From Prorocentrum cordatum (lineage: Eukaryota), in contig CAUYUJ010000096.1 of assembly GCA_963575745.1 (NCBI GenBank), positions 62,001 to 118,322 on the forward strand: a DNA stretch of 56,322 nt, given 5' to 3'. Under the pieces are notes generated by a model that was not told where the DNA came from, searched no databases, and saw only the letters and a program-made list of their open reading frames with translations. A program made the position numbers and the translations under genes. How positions within the stretch are numbered: position 1 is the first letter of the stretch; each line of letters opens with the position of its first letter. Shown one piece after another: positions 46,583 to 56,322 of this stretch.

Positions 46583-49059
46583 CGCGTGCAAGAAATCCAA
46601 CAACATGTCGCGGAAATCAACGAACTGTGTCCCTCCGGGTTTTTTCGGGCGTCCTTCTAGGACTTGTCGGGGCCGTCTTAGGGCCCCCTTGGGCGCCCTG
46701 GGAACCCGGAAATCATGTTCCGATAGAGGCTTCGGGGAACATGATTTCGGACGCTGCGGAAGAGGCCTCCCGAGAATCTCTATAGGCAGCTCTGCTTGCC
46801 CCCGTTGTGGCTCTGTTGGGTGCCTTTTGGGGCTCTCTTGGGCTGGCTTGTAGCTCTCATGGGTCATCTTGGGTCCCTCTTGGGCCGTCTTGGAGCTCCT
46901 CGGGGTGGCACTGTGAAGACGTCGTCGTCGTCGCCGTTCGCCGATTGGCGGCGTCAACTGTTGTCATCGTCGTCCATCGTCGTCGTCGTCGTCGTCGTCG
47001 TCGCCGGTCGTCGCCGTCGACGACCGTCGTCGTCATCGTCGCCGTCGCCGATCACCGTCGCCGATCGTCGATCGGCCCCGAGCCCTCCCGCCCCCTCCTC
47101 CTCCTCTCCTCCTCCTCCTCCTCTTCCTCCTCCTCCTCCTAATCTGCCTCCTCTTCCTCTTCCTCCTCCTCCCCCTCCTCCTCCTCCTCCTCCTCCTGAA
47201 ATCATGTTCCCGGAGACGCTTCCGGGGACAGGATTTCGAACGATGCAGGAAAGACTGGGTCCAGGGTGGCTCTGCGCACGCGGACAGCGTCGCCGCCGTC
47301 GGCGTGGCCGTCGTCGTCGTCGCCGTCGATCGTCGATCGGCGACGTCGACTGTTGTCATCGTCGTCTATCGTCGTCGTCGTCGGTCGTCGACCGTCGTCG
47401 TCGTCGTCGTCGTCGTCGTCATCGTCGTCAATCACCGTCGCCGGTCGTCGTCGCCGATCGTCGATCGCCCTCGAGCCTCCTCCTCTCTCCCCCCTTCCTC
47501 CCCTCCACTCCTCCTCCCCGCCTCCTCCTCCTCCTTCTCCTCTTCCTTCTCCTCCTCCTCCTCCTCCTCCTCCTCCTCCTTCGCCCTCTCCGTCTCCTCC
47601 GCGCGGAAGAAATCCAACAGCATCTCGCGCAAATCAGCGAACTATGGCCCTCCGGGCCTTTTCGAACGTCCATTTAGGGCCTTTTTTGGGGACCGTCTTA
47701 GGGCCCTCTTGGGCGTCGCGGGAACCAGGAAATCATGTTCCCGGAGAGGCTTCTGGGAACATGATTTCGAAAGAGGCCCTCTTGGGCCTCCCTGAGGCCG
47801 TGTTGGGAGCCTCCTGGGCCAACTTTGGGGCCTCTTGGGCCGTCTTGGGGGTTCCGTGAGCCTCACAGGACGACCCTTTTGGGCCGTCTTGGGCCCTCTT
47901 GGGTCTCTCTTGGGCTGTCTTGGGGCTCGGGGGCGTCTGGGGCACTGTAAGGACCAAGCAAGCAAATATGCTGAAAACGTACGTTGTACAACGGGAGTGG
48001 GCCGATTTTTGCCTCTTGAAGGCCCTCTTCGGCCAGCTTCAAACCATCTCGGACCCTCTTGAGGCGCTCTTGGACGTCTTGGGGCCCCGTTGGGCCTCGC
48101 TGAGGCTGTCGGACAGCGCCGCCGCCGTCGGCGTGGCCGTCGTCGTCGTCGCCGTCGATCATCGATCGGCGGCGTCGACTGTTGTCATCTTCGTCGAACG
48201 TCATCGGTTGTCGTCGTGGTCGTCGTCGTCGTCGTCGTCGTCGTCGTGAATCACCGTCGCCGGTCGTCGTCTCCGACCGTCGATCGCCCTCGAGCCTCCT
48301 CCTCCTCTCTCCCCCCCTCCTCCCCTGCACTCCTCCTCCCCGCCTCGTCCTTCTCCTCTTCCTCTTCCTCCTCCCCCTCCTCCTCCTCCTCCTCCTCCTC
48401 CTCCTCCTCCTGCTCCTCCTCCTTCGCCCTCTCCGTCTCCTCCGCGCGGAATAAAATCCAACAACATCTCACGAAAATCAGCGAACTGTGGCCCTCTGGG
48501 AATTTTTGAATGTCATTTTAAGGCCCTTTTGGAGCCGTCCTGGGGCCCCCTTGGGCGTCCTGGGAACCCGGAAATCATGTTCCCGGAGAAGCTTCTGGGA
48601 ACATGATTTCGAACGAGGCCCTCTTGGGCCTCCCTAGGGCCGTCTTGGGGGCCTCCTGGGCCGGCTTTGGGGCCTTTGGGGCCGTCTTGGGCCGTCTTGG
48701 GGCTCCTCGGGGGCCACTCTGAGGACGAAGCAAGCGAGTATGCTGAAATTGTAAGTTTTACAAGAGGAATGGGTAAAGTTGTGCCTCTTGAAGGCCCTCT
48801 TGGGGCCCTCTTCGGCCATCTTCAAGCCATCTCGGGCCCTCTTGGGGCGCTCTTGGACGTCTTGGGGCCCTCTGGGGCCTCGATGAGGCTGTCTTGTGTG
48901 CCTCTTGGGCTGTCACGCGGGCAGCGTCGCCGCCGTCGGCGTGGCCGTCGTCGTCGCCGTCGATCGTCGATCGGCGGCGTCGACTGTTGTCATCGTCGTC
49001 GATCGTCGTCGTTGTCGGTCGTCGACCGTCGTCGATCGTCGTCGTCGTCGTCATCGTCA

Positions 49060-49101
<42 letters not shown>

Positions 49102-49810
49102 ATCACCGTCGCCGGTCGTCGATCGCCCTCGAGCCTCCTCCTCTCTCCCCCCCTCCTCCCCTCCATTCCTCCTCCCTGCCTCCTCCTTCTTCTCCTCTTC
49201 CTCCTCCTCCTCCTCCTTCGCCCTCTCCGTCTCCTCTGCGCGGGAGAAATCCAACAACATCTCACGTAAATCAACGAACTGTGGCCATCCTGGCCTTTTT
49301 GAAGGTCCTTTTAGGGCCCTTTTGGGGCCGTCCTGGGGCCCTCTTGGGCGTCCTAGAAACCCGGAAATCATGTTCCCGGAGAGGCTTCCGGGAACATGAT
49401 TTCGAACGAGGCACTCTTGGGCCTTCCTGAGGCCGTCTTGGGGGCCTCCTGGGCCGGCTTTGGGGCCTCTTGGGCCGTCTTGGGGGGGTTTCCGTGAGCC
49501 TCACAGGACGACCCGTTTGGGCCGTCGTGGGCCCTCTTGGGTCTCTCTTGGGCTGTCTTGGGGCTCGGGGGCGTCTGGGGCACTGTGAGGACCAAGCAAA
49601 CGAGTATGCTGAAAATGTATGCTTTACGAATGGAAATAAGCCGGTGTTTGCCTCTTGAAGACCCTCTTGGGGCCCTCTTCGGCCATCTTCAAGCCTTCTC
49701 GGGCCCTGTTGGGGCGCTCTTGAGCGTCTTGGGGCCCTCTTGGGCCTCGCTGAGGCTGTCTTGTGAGCCTCTTGGGCTGTTTTTGGGGCCTCATGGGCCG
49801 TCTTGGGCGG
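46580..49810. repeat. Composite tandem repeat, ~4 units of 0.8-1.0 kb, each with a 17-bp-arm palindrome, CTTGG-rich block, (GTC)n and (CCT)n
   Basis: aaatccaacaacat anchors at ~46593, 47610, 48454, 49247. Confidence 0.9.
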
Positions 49811-50029
49811 GTTCGTGGACCCCACAGGACGCCCGGGGCGGCCATGCCAACCGGTGGCACCACCCCACCCCCGCCCCCGGGCCCGGCCGTCTGTCCTACT
49901 GCTCCTCTCCAAACCCTCGTTCCCTAACCTCCCGATCATGTCCCCGGACCCCCGTCCCTCCCCCCCAGAGCACCGCAGCAGTAGGAAAGCGTTCCGAAAC
50001 GATGAGAAATCATGTTTCCGGAAAGCGTT

Positions 50030-50821
50030 CAAGAATATGAATCGTACGTCGTCCAAGGCGCCTCGGAAGGCGCAGAATACTCCTCCAAGGCGCGGAATCA
50101 TGTTCCCCGACCGCCTTCCGGGAACATGATGGGGACGACCTCCTGAGGGCCTCCAGTGGGCCTCTTTGGGGCCTCTCGGAGGCCTGTGGGGCTTTCCTGG
50201 AAGCGTCTTGGGGCGCGCTCAGGGCCATTTTTGGGCATCTTGGGGGCCTCTTTGGGGCCTCGTGGGGCCTCGCGGGGCCCTCTTGGGGACCGCTGGGCTC
50301 GCTTAGGCAGTCTTGAAGCCCTGTCGGGGCACTCCTGGAACCGTCTTGGGCGGCTCCTGGGCCATCTTGGGGCTCTCCAGGGCCGTCTTGGGACGATTTT
50401 GGGGGTCTCTTGGGCCGTCTTGGGGCGGTCTTGGGGGCCTCTTCGGCCGTCTTGGAGCGGTTTTGGGAGACTCTTGGACGGCCTTGGAGCGTCTGAACCC
50501 CGAAAAAGCGAGAAGGCCAAAAACCTAAAAATATAATAATGATAATAATAACAACGATGTTGGCTTGTCGGGGCTCTCTTGGGAGGCCTCTTGGGATGCC
50601 TTCGGGGCCTCATGAAGCTCTCTTGGAACGTCTTCGGGCCTTCCTGGCCATTCCTGAAGCTATCTATGCGCGTCTTGGAGCGTTCGCGGGCCGTCTTGGG
50701 CGGCCTCGAACTGTTCCTGGCGGTCCCAGGGGCCCTCCGGGACGCTTCGGACGCTCCCGGGGGCGCCCTGCACACCCCATGGAGATGACAGGCACCGCCC
50801 CGGGGCCCTACTCCGATATAA

Positions 50822-50875
<54 letters not shown>

Positions 50876-51680
50876 AAAAAAAGAGAGAGGGAGAAAGAGA
50901 GAGAGAGAGAGAGAAGCCCATACGTAAAACATGTAGGATTGTGTACACAGGAGAAGGACAATCTATAGAAACGTAGTACGTCGTCCAAGGCGCCTCGGAA
51001 GGCGCCTCGGAAAGCGCAGAATACTCCTCCAAGGCGCGGAATCATGTTCCCGGACCGCCTTCCGGGAACATGACGGCCTTCTGAGGGCCTCCAGTGGGCC
51101 TCTTGGGGGCCTCTCGGAGGCCTGTATATATATATATATATATATATACATTATATATATATGTGTATGTATATACATACATATATATAGACCCATACGT
51201 AAGACATGTAGGACTGTGCACACAGGAGAAGGACAATCTATATAAACATAGGTACGTCGTCCAAGGCGCCTCGGAAGGCGCCTCGGAAAGCGCAGAATAC
51301 TCCTCCAAGGCGCGGAATCATGTTCCCGGACCGCCTTCCGGGAACATGATGGGGACGACCTTCTGAGGGCCTCCAGTGGGCCTCTTGGGGGCCTCTCGGA
51401 GGCCTGTTGGGCTCTCCTGGAGGCGTTTTGGGGCGCGCTCAGGGCCATTGTTGGGCATCTTGGGGGCCTCTATATATGGGGAAGAATTCGAAATAGGTGG
51501 AAGGAAGTGGCACGACTCGGGAGGGCTTGGGGGAGGGGTATGTATGTATGTATATGTGTATGTATGTATGTATGTATGCATGTATGAATGTATGTATGTA
51601 TGTATATATGTATGTATGTATGTATATATATATATGTATATTTGTATATATTTGTACATATATGTGTATATATAATGTGT

Positions 51681-51714
<34 letters not shown>

Positions 51715-52145
51715 GTATTTATATATACGTGTATATAGAAACATGCATAAAACATATAGGAGTGTGTACACAGGAGAAGGACAATCTATATAAACACAGG
51801 TATACTCGTCGAAGACGCCTCGGATGGCGCCTCGGAAAGCGCAGAATACTCCTGCAAGGCGCGGAATCATGTTCCCGGACCGTCTTCCGGGAACATGATT
51901 GGGACAACCTTCTGAGGGCCTCCAGGGGGCCTCTTGGGGGCCTCTCGGAGGCCTGTTGGGCTCCCCTGGAGGCGTCTTGGGGTTCGCTCAGGGCCATTGT
52001 TGGGCATCTTGGGGGCCTCTATATGTGGGGAAGAAATTGAAATACGTGGAAGGAAGTGGCACGACTCGGGAGGGCTTGGGGGAGGGGTATGTGTATATAT
52101 ATATGATATATATATATATATATATGATATATATGCATATATACG

Positions 52146-52185
<40 letters not shown>

Positions 52186-52659
52186 AATGTGTATATATAC
52201 ACATATATAGTTATGTATATATGTTTGTGTATGTATATGTATATATACGTTATATATAGACCCATACGTAAGCCATGTAGGACTGTGTACACAGGAGAAG
52301 GGCAATCTATATAAACATAGGTACGTTGCCCAAGGCACCTCGGAAGGCGCCTCGGAAAGCGCAGAATACTCCTGCAAGGCGCTGAATCATGTTCCCGGAC
52401 CGCCTTCCGGGAACATGATGGGCACAACCTTCTGAGGGCCTCCCGTGGGCCTCTTGGGGGCCTCTCGGAGGCCTGTGGGGCTCTCCTGGAGGCGTCTTGG
52501 GGCGCGCTCAAGGCCATTGTTGGGCATCTTGGGGACCTCTATGTATGGGGAAGAATTTGAAATACGTGGAAGGAAGTGGCACGACTCGGGAGGGCTTGGG
52601 GGAGGGGTATATATATATGTGTGTGTATATATATGTGTGTGTGCGTATGTGTATATATG

Positions 52660-52690
<31 letters not shown>
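50030..52690. repeat. Composite tandem repeat, 0.3-0.55-kb units separated by (TA)n/(GA)n
   Basis: cccatacgtaagacatgtagg...ggcgcctcggaaggcgcctcggaaagcgcagaatactcc...palindrome at ~50917, 51192, 51750, 52261. Confidence 0.9.
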
Positions 52691-52695
<5 letters not shown>

Positions 52696-53119
52696 AGATC
52701 TTGTTGGCTCGCTTCGCTTCGCCACAACATCTTGTCCCTCATCCTCATCCTTGGCGCAGGAGCGCTGGTCTGGTATCCCGCCGCGCTTTCTGGTCACAGA
52801 ATGTGGCGAGCTCGTGAACTTCCATTGCCATGTGGGTGTAAATTTGATGTGTGTCGCGAGCTCAGCGGCTATGGGGGATGAAGCATGATGTTATTGCAGC
52901 ACCGATTCGGAGGACAATGGGTTGGTGGCCGTGCCTGTGGTCGCGCTGGCGCTCGTGTTGGACACCGTGCCGGCGGGCGTGCTGGTGGCCATGCTGCTCG
53001 TTATGGTGGCGGTCGTGCGGGGGATGGTGCTTGTGGGCGGTGGTGCTAGTGGGCGGTGGTGCTGGCGGTCACGCTGGCGGCGTGCTTGTTGTCGTGCTGG
53101 TGGTCGTGGGGCCAACGTG

Positions 53120-53479
53120 GGCGTGGGTTTTCATCAGGAGTGAGCATGTAAGGCAGCCCACAGCCACCCGACGGGCCCAAACAATTTTTGGTTCACGTCG
53201 ACGGCTGTTTTTTCGCACCGGGCCTCCTGGGCGTCTGGCGCCCTCCGGGCACGCCGGCGCCCTCAGGGCTGCGTGGGTGTGTGTTTTCGTAAGGCGTGAA
53301 CATGTCCGGAAGCGCAGAGCCACCCGACGTGCCGAATCAATTTTTGCTTCACGTCGACGGGCATTATTTTCTTCGGGGCCTCGGATGGGGGGCTTCTGGC
53401 GCCCTCCGGGCACGCGGGCGCCGAGGGGCTGCCGTGTGTGTGGTGTGTGTGTGTGTGTGTGTGCGTGTGTATGTATGTA

Positions 53480-53515
<36 letters not shown>

Positions 53516-53985
53516 TGTTCGTGCGTGTGGGTGTGTGTGTATGTGTGTTTGTCTGTTTGTGTGTTTGTGCGTTCGTGTGTGTGCGTGTGTTTTCGTACGG
53601 AATCAGCATGTGCGCGGGCGCAAAACCACCCGACGGGTTGAACCAACCAATTTTTGGTTTACGTCGACGGCTGCTTCTTTTTTTCGGGCCCCAGATGGGG
53701 GCTTCTGGCGTTTCGGGCACGCCGTGCCGAGAGGCTGTCGTGGCTGTGGGTTTTCGTAAGGAAGAAGCATGTCCTGGGGCGCGGAGCCACCCCGCGCGCT
53801 GAACAAATTTTGGTTTACGTCGACGGCTGCTTTGTCTGTTCGGCCCCAAGATGGGGTGCGTCTGGCGCTCTCCGGGCACGCTGGCGCCGAGGGGCCGTCG
53901 AGGGTGTGAGTTTTCCTAAGGATGGAGCATATCCCGGGGCGCGGAGCCACCCCTCGGGCGAAGCCAATTTTGGTTCGGGGCCTTG
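53120..53985. repeat. ~160-bp tandem repeat, ~5 copies, with a (GT)n insert at ~53434-53590
   Basis: ttttcgtaagg..gagcatgt...gccacccgacg...ttttggtttacgtcgacgg recurs. Confidence 0.85.
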
Positions 53986-54519
53986 GGGGCCTTGGGGGCC
54001 TCTGGAGAGTGTGTTCGGGGTATCCTGGAGCGGGAGGGCCGAAATGTCGGCTCGGATCCTGTCGTGGGGCCTTTCTTGGAGCCGTCTTGAGGGTCCCTGG
54101 AGCCGTCTTAGAAGCCTCTTTGGCCGTCTTGGGGCTGTCTTGGGGCCGTCTTGAAGGTGTCTTAAGCCGTCTGGGGGCAATCTTGGAATCCCCATGTGGC
54201 CGTTTTGGAGAGGCGGGTGTGGCAAACGCGTAAATCCAAGAATCGTCGAAGACCATGGGAAATCAATGAATTTTGCCTGTTGGGGCTCTCTTGGGAAGGC
54301 TCTCGGAGGCCTCTTGGGGCGTCTTGGAGGCCTCGTGGGCCTTCGTAGGAGCAACTGGGGCATCATAGAGCGGAATGTGGGCCGGTCGGACCAGCTTGGG
54401 GGTAATTTCGGGCATTGTCGGAGCTGTCGTGAGCCCGTTCAGAGCTCTTCCGGGGGGGCGAATTAGGTGACGCCCATCCGGGGGGGGGGGTTCCCTTATA
54501 TTTTGATAGGGAAAAGGAC

Positions 54520-54569
<50 letters not shown>

Positions 54570-54794
54570 CCCAGACGTAAGACATGTAGAACTGTGTACA
54601 CAGGAGAAGGACAATCTATAGAAACGTAGTACGTCGTCCAAGGCGCCTCGGAAGGCGCCTCGGAGAGCGCAGAATACTCCTCCAAGGCGCGGAATCATGT
54701 TCCTGGACCGCCTTCCGGTAACATGACGGGGACGACCTTCTGAGGGCCTCCAGTTGGCCTCTTGGGGGCCTCTTGGAGGCCTGTATATATACAT

Positions 54795-54831
<37 letters not shown>

Positions 54832-55277
54832 GTATATGTATATATATAGATATATATATATGTGTATATATATGTATATGTATAGACCCATACGTAAGAC
54901 ATGTAGGACTGTGTACACAGGAGAAAAACAATATATATAAACATAGGTACGTTGTCCAAGGCGCCTCGGAAGGCGCCTCGGAAAGCGCAGAATACTCCTC
55001 CAAGGCGCGGGATCATGTTCCCGGACCGCCTTCCGGGAACATGATGGGGACGACCTTCTGAGGGCCTCCAGTGGGCCTCTTGGGGGCCTCTCGGAGGCCC
55101 GTTGGGCTCTCCTGGAGGCGTCTTGGGGCGCGCTCAGGGCCATTGTTGGGCATCTTGGGGGCCTCTATATATGGGGAAGTATTTGAAATGCGTGGAAGGA
55201 AGTGGCACGACTCGGGAGGGCTTGGGGGAGGGGTGTATATATATATGTATGTATAAATGTGTGTGCGTATGTGTGTG

Positions 55278-55341
<64 letters not shown>

Positions 55342-55535
55342 CCCATACGTAAGACATGTAGGATTGTGTACACAAGAGAAGGACAATCTATAGAAACATA
55401 CGTACGTCGTCCAAAGCGCCTCGGAAGGCGCCTCGGAAAGCACAGAATACTCCTCCAAGGCGCGGAATCATGTTCCCGGACCGCCTTCCGGGAACATGAT
55501 GGGGACGACCTCCTGAGGGCCTCCAGTGGGCCTCT
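54520..55535. repeat. Three further units of the 50.0-52.7 kb composite repeat
   Basis: Units at ~54570, 54887, 55343 between (GA)n/(TA)n. Confidence 0.9.
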
Positions 55536-55660
55536 CTCTCTCTCTTTTTTTTTTTTTTTTTTGTTTTTTGTTAAGAAATGGAGACCCAGCTTTGGTGAAT
55601 TTCTTAACCCCGGTGCGAGACCCAGCTTTCGCCGCCGAATTTCTTAACGAATCGGCTGAA

Positions 55661-56322
55661 AGGGTTGTGCTGAGGGGTTGTGCTGAGGGGCTGTGCTGAG
55701 GGGTTGTGATGCGGGGTTGCGCTGAGGGGTTGTGCTGAGGGGTTGTGCTGAGGGGTTGTGCTGAGGGGTTGTGCTGGGGTGTTGAGCTGAGGGGTTGTGC
55801 TGGAGGGTAGTGCTGACGGGTTGTGCTGAGGGGTGGGGCTGAAGGGTTGTGCTGAGGGGTTGTGCTGAGGGGTTGTGCTGAGGGGGTTGTGCTGCGGGTG
55901 TGCTGAGGGGTTTGCTGGGGGGTTGGGCTGAGGGGTTGTGCTGGGGGGTTGTGCTGAGGGTTGTGGTGTGAGGGGTTGTGCCCGGGGGTTGTGCTGAGGG
56001 GTTGTGCTGAGGGTTTGTGCTGTGGGGGTTGTGCTGGGGGGTTGTGCTGAGGAGTTGTGGTGATGAGGGGTTGTGCCCGGGGGTTGTGCTGAGGGGTTGT
56101 GCTGAGGGTTTGTGCTGTGGGGGTTGTGCTGGGGGGTTGTGCTGAGGAGTTGTGGTGATGAGGGGTTGTGCCCGGGGGTTGTGCTGAGGGGTTGTGCTGA
56201 GGGTTTGTGCTGTGGGGGTTGTGCTGGGGGGTTGTGCTGAGGAGTTGTGGTGATGAGGGGTTGTGCCCGGGGGTTGTGCTGAGGGGTTGTGCTGAGGGTT
56301 TGTGCTGTGGGGGTTGTGCTGG
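55661..56322. repeat. 13-bp G-rich minisatellite (GAGGGGTTGTGCT)n with a 95-bp higher-order repeat; runs off the window
   Basis: Variant marker ggagttgtggtgat at 56051, 56146, 56241. Confidence 0.96.

Noticed and set aside
50963..55458. Repeated YIYI/MYVC-rich ORFs
   Set aside because: Translations of (TA)n, (GT)n and (TATG)n tracts
46580..55535. CRISPR-like array of palindromic repeats
   Set aside because: Spacing is hundreds of bp, intervening DNA is itself repeated, no cas genes, eukaryotic context
55661..56322. Telomeric repeat
   Set aside because: 13-bp degenerate unit, not the TTTAGGG type reported for dinoflagellates

Overview
Eukaryotic, GC-rich, repeat-saturated DNA from a dinoflagellate: a perfect 22-nt spliced leader (DinoSL, TCCGTAGCCATTTTGGCTCAAG) sits at 15110-15131(-). 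No intact host gene is visible, only scattered candidate micro-exons on the minus strand. Main contents: (1) a decayed Penelope-like RT at ~0.3-2.6 kb(-); (2) a full-length, slightly degenerate APE-RT LINE at 9091-15131(-) that begins with DinoSL plus a relict SL, has three coupled ORFs and is flanked by (GAG)n; (3) a 10.1-kb Ty1/copia LTR retrotransposon at 20908-31051(-) with 184-bp LTRs (3 mismatches), GTGT TSD and a Met-tRNA-type PBS; (4) a second SL-capped retro-sequence that the copia appears to interrupt; (5) a decayed LINE-like remnant at ~35.6-40.9 kb(+); (6) many micro-/minisatellites and palindrome-bearing composite repeats. The copia element is the best candidate for a new system. 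Its polyprotein carries a C5-cytosine-methyltransferase-like domain between protease and integrase. Repairing one indel at ~27305 gives a single ~3180-aa Gag-Pol and also a fully nested ~560-aa second ORF. Both LTRs contain a DinoSL-like motif that could reconcile trans-splicing with strand transfer. All domain calls are by eye from motifs; no database search was run.
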